NCBI GenBank assembly: GCA_963713825.1
Contig: CAVQNG010000003.1
Span: 1,504,001-1,568,000 of the forward strand
Direction of reading: 5' to 3'
DNA: 64,000 nucleotides
Source: an uncultured Acidobacteriota bacterium
GTDB taxonomy: Bacteria; Acidobacteriota; Thermoanaerobaculia; Multivoradales; JAHEKO01
How positions within the stretch are numbered: position 1 is the first letter of the stretch; the number at the start of each line of letters is the position of its first letter. This document shows positions 9,970-19,098 of the stretch, piece after piece. The notes beneath the pieces were generated by a model that worked only from the letters and a program-made list of their open reading frames with translations, did not search any database and was not told where the DNA came from. The position numbers were made by a program, and so were the translations under genes.

Positions 9970-10742
9970 GGGAGACCGTTGAAGTAGAGAGCCAGGAAGT
10001 CGCGGCAGAAGAGCGAGACGAGGCCGCCCAGGGCCAGAAAGACACCGAACGGTAGCCTCGAACGGAGTCCAACCCGACCGGTCAGCAGCAGAGCGATGCC
10101 TGTCAAGGCGCCGGTCAAAGAGGCAACGAACAACGTTGTCAGGACTCCCTGCCAGCCGAGGAAGGCTCCGATCAGGGCCAGCATGTTGACGTCGCCCAGG
10201 CCCATGCCCTCTTCGTTGCGCAGCCAGAACCAGAAATTGATCAGCAGGATGAGCAGACCAGCGCCGATCACGGCACCGACGAGTGCATCCATGAACGAGG
10301 TGTAGGGATGCCAGGCCCGCAGAGCCAGACCGAGCATGAGGCCTGGCAGCGTGACGCGGTCAGGGAGGAGGAAATGCTCCAGGTCGATCGCCGCCAGCAA
10401 CACCATCAGTGCGGTGAAGACAATGGCGATCAACGCCTCGGCTGTGAGCCCGAACCGAAGAACGCAAGCCACAAAGGCGGCCGCCATGAGGCCTTCGATG
10501 AAAGGGTAACGCCAGGATATGGGAGCTCGACAATGGCGACAGCGGCCCTTCAGCAGGAGAAAGCTCAAGACGGGAATGTTGTCCCTGGCCTTGATGGCGC
10601 CATCGCAGAATGGACAGCGCGACCGAGGCCAGACCGTGGATTTGCCGGACGGCAGGCGGTGAACCAGAACGTTCAGATAGCTGCCGACAATCAACCCCAA
10701 GAGGGCGGCATAGAGCAACAAGAGAGGGGATTGGGCCACCAT
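9966..10742 (-). CDS. pilD: Prepilin peptidase/N-methyltransferase
   Basis: GSYLNV..HRLP; two CxxC (CPFC, CRHC); IDLEHFLLPD; GMGLGDV; LPFGVFL. Confidence 0.95.
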   Translation of the reverse strand: MVAQSPLLLLYAALLGLIVGSYLNVLVHRLPSGKSTVWPRSRCPFCDGAIKARDNIPVLSFLLLKGRCRHCRAPISWRYPFIEGLMAAAFVACVLRFGLTAEALIAIVFTALMVLLAAIDLEHFLLPDRVTLPGLMLGLALRAWHPYTSFMDALVGAVIGAGLLILLINFWFWLRNEEGMGLGDVNMLALIGAFLGWQGVLTTLFVASLTGALTGIALLLTGRVGLRSRLPFGVFLALGGLVSLFCRDFLALYFNGLP

Positions 10743-10745
10743 GCC

Positions 10746-12104
10746 TCACTCCATCACGCAGCCGGTGATGACCCGATCGAGCACGCTCACACCAGCCTGA
10801 AAGGCCTCGACGGAGATCTGCTCGTCCGGGCCGTGGATTCCTCGCAGGCTGCCACTGTCGAGCATGAAGGGCGAGAATCCGTAGGCCGGGATCTCCCGCT
10901 GTCGAAAGTAACGCGCATCGGTGATCCCTGGGATGAAAGCTGGGGCCACCGGTGCTCGCTGCTCGAGAATCTCCTGCAGGCAATGAAAGAACGGAGTATC
11001 CGTCGGCGACGGGGCGCTGGGAGGCGCCGACAACAGGACCTCGAGCTCGACATCGCTGCCAACGAGTTGACGGATTTCGGTCAGGAAGGCCTTCTCGTCG
11101 ATGTCGGGAAGTAGGCGAATATCGATCAGGGCACTGGCTTGGTCCGGCGCCGCATTGAGACGCTCTCCCGCCTCCAGACCATTGATCTGGATGCTGTCCA
11201 GAAAGTAGTTCGGCATACCCGGCATCAGCCGGGTCGACGGCTCCGGATGGCTGAAGATCTCATTCATGTTCGCCACGACCTCCTGGAATCCCCGTGGCTC
11301 CATGGGTGCCACAGCTTCGAGATAGCGTCTGGCCTCGGGCGTGACGCGGAAGTCGAGCGGCCGGTCCAGGAGGCGATTCAATCCCCGAATGAGTCGATGG
11401 GGTGCGGTGTGTAGATTGAGGGTCGAGCCATGGCCGGGCCTGCCGGCTGCCGTGGCTCGCAGCCAGAGCGGCCTCTTTTGGGCCACTTCGATGCCCCACC
11501 AGACGACCCGGCCTTGTCGGACGCGGTTCATGCCGCCTTCTCCCAAGACGGCGACGACATCTCGAAAGAGCTCTGGATGACTTTCGACTAGCCACCCGGA
11601 GCCTTGCTCTCCCCCGGTTTCCTCGTCGGTGACGGCGAGAAAGGCAAGCCCTCTTGTCAGCCGCGAAATCTGCTTGCTCGCTTCGATGAAGGACCAGAGG
11701 TGGGCGATGCCCAGGCTCTTGTCGTCGACGGCTCCCCTGCCAAAGAGCGTGCCACCCATGATCTCTCCACCATAGGGACGCTGGGTCCACCCCGAGCCGG
11801 CCGGCACGACATCCGCGTGGTGGAGCAGAACGACGGTTTCCTTGGCCCCTGCAGCGGGCTCGAGATGCGCATAAAGGCTAGGTCTGCCCTCGGGCGACAC
11901 GAGCCATCGAGTCGCGATTCCGTGGTGATGCAGTACGTCGCGGAGGTAGGCAGCCGCTTCTTCCGCTCCGGCCGGTGTCGAAGAGTCGATTCGCAAGTAG
12001 TTCTGGAGCCATTCGAGCGCCAAGTCGGAATCGCTTCCTGCGCCTCGGACGAGAGCAGGAGTGAGAATCAGAAGGAAGAGGAGGGCCGGTACCGAAGCTC
12101 GCAC
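10746..12104 (-). CDS. Exported M20/M25/M40 family metallopeptidase
   Basis: HHADVV, GRGAVDDKS, DEETGG, TDARYFR, IHGPDE. Start probably GTG 12104 (VRASVPALLFLLIL signal peptide), since the longer track ORF crosses the pilin terminator. Confidence 0.88.
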   Translation of the reverse strand: MRASVPALLFLLILTPALVRGAGSDSDLALEWLQNYLRIDSSTPAGAEEAAAYLRDVLHHHGIATRWLVSPEGRPSLYAHLEPAAGAKETVVLLHHADVVPAGSGWTQRPYGGEIMGGTLFGRGAVDDKSLGIAHLWSFIEASKQISRLTRGLAFLAVTDEETGGEQGSGWLVESHPELFRDVVAVLGEGGMNRVRQGRVVWWGIEVAQKRPLWLRATAAGRPGHGSTLNLHTAPHRLIRGLNRLLDRPLDFRVTPEARRYLEAVAPMEPRGFQEVVANMNEIFSHPEPSTRLMPGMPNYFLDSIQINGLEAGERLNAAPDQASALIDIRLLPDIDEKAFLTEIRQLVGSDVELEVLLSAPPSAPSPTDTPFFHCLQEILEQRAPVAPAFIPGITDARYFRQREIPAYGFSPFMLDSGSLRGIHGPDEQISVEAFQAGVSVLDRVITGCVME

Positions 12105-12162
12105 GGTTGGTGCCGAGTGTAGCAGGCGATGCTGCCAGTAATGTGCAAACAAATCCACAAAG

Positions 12163-12198
12163 AAAAGGGGGCGCCGCGACTCGCGGTGCCCCCTTTTT
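12163..12198. terminator. Intrinsic terminator downstream of pilin (bidirectional-looking)
   Basis: AAAAGGGGGCGCCGCGACTCGCGGTGCCCCCTTTTT: GC-rich hairpin flanked by A and T runs. Confidence 0.85.
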
Positions 12199-12222
12199 GG
12201 ACCTATGGTTGATTCAGGTCGA

Positions 12223-12765
12223 TTAGTCGATTCTCGCGCCGGCAGGATAGCGCACGAAGAAGCCGTCGGACCACACGATGTCCTGGTCATAGTCGGTAGC
12301 CAGGAACGGGCCCATATTGTAGGTGCCCTGGAGGTTGCCGTCTGTGCGGCCTGGGCTGAAGATGCCCATGACCTGCGCGGTCAGCGGGTTGCCGGAGTAG
12401 TAGTATTCGTAGTTGTTACCCCAGCCATCCCTGTTCGGGACTTCCTGGATATAGAACATGGTAGAGCTGACGTAGAGCATGCTTAGCAGCGCGTCACCCC
12501 CGCCCGTCATCTCCGTTAGGTCGCCTTGACTCCACTCACCAGTCGTACCAGCCGCAGCGGCACCGATCTGGTCGGTCAGCCATGAGAACCAGGAAGCACC
12601 GACATCACGCATGTCGCCGACGGTGCGCTTCTGCTTCGCCTTCTGCAAGGCGTCGAGCAAGTTGGGAATCAAGATCGCCGCGATGATGCCGATGATCGCT
12701 ACGACGATCAGGAGCTCGATCAGGGTAAAACCCTTTTGGCCCCGGCGTCTGTTGAGTCGCATCAT
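12223..12765 (-). CDS. Major type IV pilin / GspG-like pilin
   Basis: KG/FTLIELLIVVAIIGIIAAILIP; DGWGNNY resembles the GspG DPWGxxY motif; GAGGAG RBS; has its own sigma54 promoter and terminator. Confidence 0.85.
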   Translation of the reverse strand: MMRLNRRRGQKGFTLIELLIVVAIIGIIAAILIPNLLDALQKAKQKRTVGDMRDVGASWFSWLTDQIGAAAAGTTGEWSQGDLTEMTGGGDALLSMLYVSSTMFYIQEVPNRDGWGNNYEYYYSGNPLTAQVMGIFSPGRTDGNLQGTYNMGPFLATDYDQDIVWSDGFFVRYPAGARID

Positions 12766-12820
12766 ACCTGTTCACTCCTCTTCTTTAGTTAACGATTCCG
12801 CTGAGTACACCCTGACTTAC

Positions 12821-12836
12821 AGCAGAAAGCGTGCCA
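12821..12836 (-). promoter_or_regulatory. sigma54 (-24/-12) promoter of pilin
   Basis: Minus strand TGGCACGCTTTCTGCT (GG-N10-GC), 56 bp upstream of the pilin ATG. Confidence 0.8.
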
Positions 12837-12923
12837 GCTACGAAAAATCAATAGAAGAAAGGGCTTTTCAGCCCAGGGGATGGGGCGAGCGACAAAATTT
12901 GACAGACCCGTTGCCGGGCATTG

Positions 12924-14384
12924 TCAACCAGCGAGCCGTTGGACTGCCTCCTTGTAGAGCTCCACTCCGCCGACGAATCCCGTCAGCCCTAGCCGTTCGT
13001 TCAGCGTGTCCTTGCGCAGGGTATCGGTGGTGAAGATCAGGAAGGGAGAGAATCCGTACGAGGGGATCCCTGCTTGTCGGAAGAAGCGGGCATCCGTCGC
13101 CGACCAGACCAGGAAATAGGGTCCCACTCCGGTGTCGGGATAGCTCTCCTGGAACAACTCTGCCAGCGTTTCGAAGGCTGGATGATCCACCGGGCTTCCC
13201 GAGTCGGTGCCGAGCGGCGGCCGCTGAGTGATCGTGACACCGTGGGTGATCCAGTCCGGCAATAGTCGAGCTCTAACCTGGCCGAAGTCGGAGCCCGGCA
13301 AGAGGTGAACGATCAGTCTCAAGCGGTACCCACCCTCTGGATCTTCTTCGACCCATTGGGTCGCGACATCCTCCCGGAAGAGGGCTTGCAGATAGGCCGG
13401 TAGGCTGAAGAACTCCGCCGGATGATCGAGGCTCTGGCGGGTATCCGCCAGAATTCGCTCGAAGTCGGCATTGTCGCGCGAGGCGGCATAGGAGGACAGG
13501 AACTTCAAGACTTCATCTGTCAGCCTGAGCTCGAAGTTGGCGTCGGTGTGGGCATCGATGTCTGCCATCAGTTGTTCGAGGCGCTGGCGATCCGAGGAGC
13601 ACGCCCAGGCTTCGGCGAACTGCTTTTGGCCAAACTCGATGCCCCAGTACTTGACCTCCTCGTGGCTCACTGCTTCGACGACACCGCCTTCTGTGAGAAC
13701 GACCCCGAATCTCTCGACAAGCTCTGGGTGCTGAGCGAGGACCCACTGTGCCCCCAACTCGCTGCCGATCTCCTCGCTTCCGGTGGCGAGAAAGATGATC
13801 GACTTGGCTGGGCGACGGCCCGACTTCTTGATCTCGATGAGAGCCTCGAGCTGAGCGATGGTGACGCTCTTCATGTCGAAGACACCGCGGCCATAGATCC
13901 AGGCTCGGTCGATCACCGCTGCGTAGGGCGGATGCACCCATGCTTCGGGATCCTCTACATCGAAGACGTCGATGTGACTGTGCAGCACCAGAGCCTCGGG
14001 ATTCTCACCTTCCAGAATCGCCCACAGATTGGCCTTCTTCTCACCCAGACGCTCGATGTGAGGCTCGATTCCGGCCGCGCGGAGCTTGTCGGCAAGGAAG
14101 AGAGCGCCGGCGATCTCGCTGCCAGTACTGGCGCTGGTGTCGATTCGGACGTAGTCCTGCAACAGCTGAACTTCTGGCAGGGAGGCATAGTCGACGTCCT
14201 CCCAGGAGTCATCCATGGTTTTCGGTGCAGCTTTCTTCAGCACTGTGATCGCGACGACCAGGCCGACGATCAGGACCACCATGGAACCGTGAAGCAGAAC
14301 CCTGCGACGGAGTTTCTGGCGAGGCGAAAGGGCCTCGAATTTCTTCGACAGGTACATGGCAGGCGAGATCTTAGCACTCGGCAC
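12924..14384 (-). CDS. Membrane-anchored M20 family metallopeptidase
   Basis: N-terminal TM (MVVLIVGLVVAITVL); HSHIDV, GRGVFDMKS, SEEIG, TDARFFR; exact start uncertain. Confidence 0.85.
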   Translation of the reverse strand: MPSAKISPAMYLSKKFEALSPRQKLRRRVLLHGSMVVLIVGLVVAITVLKKAAPKTMDDSWEDVDYASLPEVQLLQDYVRIDTSASTGSEIAGALFLADKLRAAGIEPHIERLGEKKANLWAILEGENPEALVLHSHIDVFDVEDPEAWVHPPYAAVIDRAWIYGRGVFDMKSVTIAQLEALIEIKKSGRRPAKSIIFLATGSEEIGSELGAQWVLAQHPELVERFGVVLTEGGVVEAVSHEEVKYWGIEFGQKQFAEAWACSSDRQRLEQLMADIDAHTDANFELRLTDEVLKFLSSYAASRDNADFERILADTRQSLDHPAEFFSLPAYLQALFREDVATQWVEEDPEGGYRLRLIVHLLPGSDFGQVRARLLPDWITHGVTITQRPPLGTDSGSPVDHPAFETLAELFQESYPDTGVGPYFLVWSATDARFFRQAGIPSYGFSPFLIFTTDTLRKDTLNERLGLTGFVGGVELYKEAVQRLAG

Positions 14385-14446
14385 GGCCCGATCTCCTGTA
14401 TCCTACGGCCTGATCTCGATGAGCCCGGGACAGGTTTGATCCAGCC

Positions 14447-16033
14447 ATGAAATCAACTCAGTCGCAGAGCCCGGTAGGTGCTGTCAGCACCCGTGGCAGG
14501 GATGCCTGGATCCTGATTCTCATTGGATTGTCGGCCTGCGTCGGCTACACGGCGGTCGAGGTCTACCTGTTGAGTGGACAGATGGCCTTTCCTCTCGACG
14601 ACAGTTGGATCCACCTCCAGTTCGCTCGGAATCTGGCCGCTGGCGATGGCCTGTCGTTCAACCCGGGGCAGCTGGTGGCCGGGTCGACGGCGCCGCTGTG
14701 GACCGCCATCGTCTCTCTGGTGTACTTCCTGCCCGGGAATCCGGTCTTCTGGGTCAAGCTGATGGGAGTGCTGCTTTTTCTGGCCGGTGGTTGGCTGACT
14801 TTCCGCTTGGGGCTCGCTTTGGCATTGCCCAGGGCGTTTGCCATGCTGGCGTCTATGCTGACGGTCGCGACGAGCTGGCTGGTTTGGTCGGCTTTGTCTG
14901 GTCTGGAGATCCCTCTCTTCGTCGTGCTCAGCCTGTTCGCGATCGAGCTTCATCTCGAGGAGCGGCAGGACGATCAGAGGCCGCCTTTGTCACTTCTCGT
15001 GATGGCGATCGGGGCCCTGGCGCGGCCGGAAGCTCTTCTATTGATGGTGCTCGCGCTGGCGGATCGTCTACTTCGATTCGAGAGAGATGCTGACGGTGAC
15101 CTGGTGTGGCAACGATCCGGGGCGAGGTCATGGCTCCTGGTTCTCCTCGGCGTTCTGGTGGTCCTGGTGCCGATGGCACTGTTCAACTGGAGCGTATCGG
15201 GGTCCTTTCTGCCAACGACGTTCAGTGCCAAGACTCCGGGGATGGCTCGTTGGCTGCCCGAGATGCGGTTTCTGCATACGGTGATGGGTGTCTTCTTCAA
15301 GGTCCAGCCTTTCATGCTGCTGTTCGCCGGAGCTGGGGTGTTGACTATGGCGGGTCGCTTGGGCTCGGAGAAGGACCGGGGGCTGCTGCCCTCCCTCTGG
15401 CTGATCTGCCTGCCGTTGGCCTACTCGATCATGAATCCTGCCGGTGGTTTGACGCTGGTGGGCAACCTGGGTCGCTATCTATTCCCACTTTTCCCCATCC
15501 TCAATCTGCTCGGAGTGCTGGGCCTGCAGCAGATTCTCGGCCGATTCAGTGGCAGGGTGAGAGTCGGGAGCGGAGTATTGTCCGCTCGCGTCGTGCTCCT
15601 GTCGATTCTGATCCTGCCGACCCTGGCTAGTCTCGTCCAGGGTGCAGGGCGCTATGCACAGGGTGTGATGAATGTGCAGGACAGCGATGTCAGAGCAGCC
15701 CATTGGCTGGATGGGCGTGTGAGCCCGGAGGCGATTCTGGCGGTCAACGATATCGGCGCGATCAAGTACATCTTGCCGAACCGGGTCGTAGACCTGGCGG
15801 GCATCATCAGCCCGGAGGTGCGAGAACTGAATTTCAACGGCTTTCTCGAACTGCACGAACCGGACTACCTGGTCGTCTTTCCGAGGTGGTTTCCGACCAT
15901 GACCTCCGAGGACTCGCCGTTCCATCTGGAGCAGATGTTCCAGGTACCCGACAACATCACCATGGGGGGCGATGAGCTGGGGGTCTACTCGACTCCCTGG
16001 ACGCGCTACCCATTGAGGGAGGATCTCCCGTGA
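14447..16033 (+). CDS. Multi-TM GT-C-like glycosyltransferase (arabinosyltransferase/ArnT-like)
   Basis: First-loop LDDSWIHLQFARNL...GSTAPLW; SGLE; ARPEA; many TM segments; C-terminal DIGAI...VDLAGII domain. Confidence 0.7.
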   Translation: MKSTQSQSPVGAVSTRGRDAWILILIGLSACVGYTAVEVYLLSGQMAFPLDDSWIHLQFARNLAAGDGLSFNPGQLVAGSTAPLWTAIVSLVYFLPGNPVFWVKLMGVLLFLAGGWLTFRLGLALALPRAFAMLASMLTVATSWLVWSALSGLEIPLFVVLSLFAIELHLEERQDDQRPPLSLLVMAIGALARPEALLLMVLALADRLLRFERDADGDLVWQRSGARSWLLVLLGVLVVLVPMALFNWSVSGSFLPTTFSAKTPGMARWLPEMRFLHTVMGVFFKVQPFMLLFAGAGVLTMAGRLGSEKDRGLLPSLWLICLPLAYSIMNPAGGLTLVGNLGRYLFPLFPILNLLGVLGLQQILGRFSGRVRVGSGVLSARVVLLSILILPTLASLVQGAGRYAQGVMNVQDSDVRAAHWLDGRVSPEAILAVNDIGAIKYILPNRVVDLAGIISPEVRELNFNGFLELHEPDYLVVFPRWFPTMTSEDSPFHLEQMFQVPDNITMGGDELGVYSTPWTRYPLREDLP

Positions 16034-17136
16034 GCGAGATTCCGGTATTCAATCTTCAGATAGCGGTGGCCGAGGTGGCCACCGAAGTACACGAGCGATG
16101 GAGGTCGTTGACCGAGCGTACCGCCTTCGTTGGCGGCGCTGAGGTCGAGGCCTTCGAGCAGGCCTTTGCGGACTACCTGTCGGTAGCTGGCTGTGTCGGA
16201 GTTGCCAATGGGACGGATGCTCTGGAGCTGGCGTGCCGTGCCCTCGATCTCCAGCCTGGAGACGAGGTCATTGTTCCTTCCTACACATTCATTGCGACAG
16301 CGGCTGCGGTACGCCTAGCAGGAGGGACTCCGGTCTTTGCCGACGTCGAGACCACGACTCTGAATCTCGACCCCGAGGGCTTGCGCCGGCGCATCACCGA
16401 TCGGACCGTAGGGGTGATCGGGGTACATCTCTACGGTCGACCGTTTCAAGTGGAGGCGATCATCGGGCTCTGCCGGGACCACGGGTTGTGGCTGATCGAG
16501 GACGCGGCCCAGGCCCATGGTGCCCGATGGCAAGGTCGATCGGCGGGCAGCTTGGGACAGATATCGACCTGGAGCTTCTATCCTGCAAAGAACCTTGGCT
16601 GCTTCGGAGACGGCGGCGCTGTGACCGGCAACGACACAGAGCTTCTGGACAGGGTGCGCCTGCTTTCCAACCATGGCAGAACAGCTCACTACGTGCATGC
16701 GGAGCTCGGCCGAAACAGCAGGCTGGACGCTCTGCAGGCGGCTGCCCTCAACTGTCGCCTGCCTCGCCTGGATGCCGATAACGAAAGGCGTCGCACGATT
16801 GCGGCGACCTACCGACGGGCCCTTTCGCAGGTCGGCGACCTGAGGCTCCTGGAAGATCAGCCAGACACGGTGCCGGTCTATCACCAGATGACGGTGTTGA
16901 GCTCGAAGCGGAACGAGCTGAAGAGTTTCTTGGCGGAGCGGGGCATAGGCACTGCCATTCACTATCCTATGGCTCTACACCTTCAGCCTGCCTTCTCTGT
17001 TGGTGGCGGCCCGCCCGCGGCCCTGCCGGTGGCTGAGGCGGCAGGAGAACAGGTCCTCTGCCTGCCGATGTTTCCGCAACTTACCGACGCAGAGGTCGAG
17101 ACCGTCTGCGCAGCGGTGGTGGACTTCTTCGACTGA
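16030..17136 (+). CDS. DegT/DnrJ/EryC1/StrS sugar aminotransferase
   Basis: VANGTDAL, VHLYG, IEDAAQAHGA, SFYPAKNLGCFGDGG (PLP lysine), NSRLD. Confidence 0.95.
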   Translation: MSEIPVFNLQIAVAEVATEVHERWRSLTERTAFVGGAEVEAFEQAFADYLSVAGCVGVANGTDALELACRALDLQPGDEVIVPSYTFIATAAAVRLAGGTPVFADVETTTLNLDPEGLRRRITDRTVGVIGVHLYGRPFQVEAIIGLCRDHGLWLIEDAAQAHGARWQGRSAGSLGQISTWSFYPAKNLGCFGDGGAVTGNDTELLDRVRLLSNHGRTAHYVHAELGRNSRLDALQAAALNCRLPRLDADNERRRTIAATYRRALSQVGDLRLLEDQPDTVPVYHQMTVLSSKRNELKSFLAERGIGTAIHYPMALHLQPAFSVGGGPPAALPVAEAAGEQVLCLPMFPQLTDAEVETVCAAVVDFFD

Positions 17137-17163
17137 TCTCGCGAGCACACCTGCGTTGGACTT

Positions 17164-17540
17164 GAGACGGCCGATCGGATTAGGGATCTCCCTCGTCTGC
17201 GGCCTCACGCGACCATGCCCCTCCGACGAGGGAGACCCGTGGCCCGATCTACCACCCTCAAGACACATCGAGATTCCGACTACTGACTCACCCCCTACGC
17301 CCCTATAGCCTTGACCGGTGCCAGAGGTTCGTCTGGGTGGTCCGACCTGTGGGAGACTGAAGAAGTGTTACCCATGTGGTGATACACAACCGTTACCTAT
17401 GTCCTGACACAGAACACGCAAGGGGCTCCCCTACAATGCCGACGCCGCCCCCCTGCGGGCCACCCGGACGAACCTCTACTAGTAGAGGTTAATATGCTCA
17501 AGACCCAGGAAGAGAGGGCAGAGTCGGCCGCATTCAACCC
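17164..17540. repeat. Intergenic repeat family copy A
   Basis: 17164-17303 is colinear with 24556-24695. Inverted core pair at 17321-17344 (+) and 17456-17479 (-). Perfect palindrome AACCTCTACTAGTAGAGGTT at 17471-17490. Confidence 0.9.
17363..17416. mobile_element. Probable IS481-family terminal remnant
   Basis: Two direct repeats, GTTACCCATGTGGTGATACACAAC and GTTACCTATGTCCTGACACAGAAC (19/24 identical), ending in ACA. Resembles IS481-type ends as I recall them; no transposase present. Confidence 0.45.
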
Positions 17541-17543
17541 CGA

Positions 17544-19055
17544 TCAGTCAGGAGTCGCGGCAAGCTCCAGGGACTTCGAGCCGACGGCAATGAGGTGATT
17601 GGCCGGCGCGAATCGGTCGGTCAGAAGCACCGCTGCTTCCGGGTCGAGGGCGATCTCCAGACGGCTGGCGGCAATGTGCTGCAGGGATGGGTCGAGATCG
17701 AATCGCTGTTGCAGCTCGGCGCCCAGTTGAATCATCTCCTTCTTCGGCAACGTGACTCGCGAGTCGATCGCCAGGATGAAGAGGTTCGAGGATCCGCGCA
17801 CAGCGAACGCGAAAACGGTTTCGAACCGATCGGTCAGCGTGTACAAGATGGCTTGTGGAAAGGGCTCGTTCAACCCGGCAGCGAGGTTCAGACCGAATAC
17901 TCCGCCGGGGCTGAGGTGACGCTTCACCTCGTCCAGGAACTCGACGGTGGTCAGGTGGAAGGGGATCGACATTCCAATGTAGGCGTCCGTGTAGATGTAG
18001 TCCCATTGCCGGTCGGACCGACGCAAGAACTGTCGCGCATCCTCGATATGCACTCTCGTCTTGGGATCGTCTTCGAAGAAGAAGAACCGTCTTGCGATGC
18101 GGGCCACCGCCGGGTCGATCTCGACGAAATCGATCTCGAGGTCAGGCCGTGCCGTGCGGAGGTAGCTGCCGATTCCGCCACTGCCCATGCCGATGGAGAG
18201 GAGGCTGTCGATCTCGGGATCTAGTAGCAGGGCGCCAGCGGAATAGCGCTGATAGGGCAGCGAAGTCTGACTGTCCTCCAGCGACACCGCACTGTAGAGC
18301 GTCCGGTCACCGTACAGGAATCTCTGGTCGCTCAGTTCGGTCACACGAAGAGTCTGGTAGGGGCTGACTTCGAAGTGCACCACGCCCGAAGGCAGGTCCC
18401 GGGTGGAGGTCATCGACCAGACCGCGAAGATGGCCAGGAGACCTGCGGAGACGACGTAGAACCGTTGTCCGGCGGCGGCCCCTGCCAGGCCGAGGATCGC
18501 TACCAGGGCCGTTGCCAGCAGAAGAAGGCTCAGAATCTGATGAACCTCCAAACGGGGGATCAGCACGAAGGTACAAAGCAGGGTTCCGACCAGGCTGCCC
18601 GCGGTGGAGACCGCGTAGAGGCGACCGGCGGTATTGCCGACCTCGCTGAGATCGCGGGCGGCGAGTCGCACGACAAACGGAGAGACAGTTGCCAGCAGGA
18701 CGCTGGGTGGCCCGAAGAGGATCGTTGTCGCCAAGAGGGTACCACTCGGTGATCCATGGGTCATCGAGCCGATGGCACGGACGATCGGTTCACCGCTGAG
18801 GATCAGGCCGGCCTGGAACAGCGCCGCTAACGAGATCAGGCGCGCCAGGGTCGAGATCTCCGGATTTCGATCCGCCAGGCGGCCTCCCAGGTAGTAGCCG
18901 ATGGACAGAGCGGCCAGAAAGACGCTGATAATGGAGCCCCAGACAAAGACGCTGTTGCCGAATTCCGGGGCCAGAATGCGACTGGAGAGGATCTCCAGCG
19001 CCATGATCACTGCGCCCGTTACGGACACGACGATGTAGAAACGAAGTGCTCTCAT
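17544..19055 (-). CDS. Fused membrane (MFS-like)/spermidine synthase-like SAM-binding protein
   Basis: ALEILSSRILAPEFGNS..VW; AGRLYAVSTAGSLVGT; SIGMGSG; VEIDPAV; EDARQFL; DAY; HLTTVEF; LTDRFAP; start ATG 19055. Confidence 0.9.
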   Translation of the reverse strand: MRALRFYIVVSVTGAVIMALEILSSRILAPEFGNSVFVWGSIISVFLAALSIGYYLGGRLADRNPEISTLARLISLAALFQAGLILSGEPIVRAIGSMTHGSPSGTLLATTILFGPPSVLLATVSPFVVRLAARDLSEVGNTAGRLYAVSTAGSLVGTLLCTFVLIPRLEVHQILSLLLLATALVAILGLAGAAAGQRFYVVSAGLLAIFAVWSMTSTRDLPSGVVHFEVSPYQTLRVTELSDQRFLYGDRTLYSAVSLEDSQTSLPYQRYSAGALLLDPEIDSLLSIGMGSGGIGSYLRTARPDLEIDFVEIDPAVARIARRFFFFEDDPKTRVHIEDARQFLRRSDRQWDYIYTDAYIGMSIPFHLTTVEFLDEVKRHLSPGGVFGLNLAAGLNEPFPQAILYTLTDRFETVFAFAVRGSSNLFILAIDSRVTLPKKEMIQLGAELQQRFDLDPSLQHIAASRLEIALDPEAAVLLTDRFAPANHLIAVGSKSLELAATPD

Positions 19056-19098
19056 GGTGGATCTCTCTGGCTGTCGACTCGAAAAAGCGCCGTCTGCA

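Noticed and set aside
12105-12290. N-terminal extension of the M20b ORF given in the track (similarly pilV 7694, fimT 8178, pilP 35568, dut 40799)
   Set aside because: The extensions overlap upstream genes, terminators or promoters. Downstream starts fit RBS, signal peptide or family N-termini better.
16975-17308. Small ORFs duplicated at 16975-17308 and 24406-24845
   Set aside because: Their similarity comes from the DNA repeat. They overlap real genes and have no consistent start or RBS.
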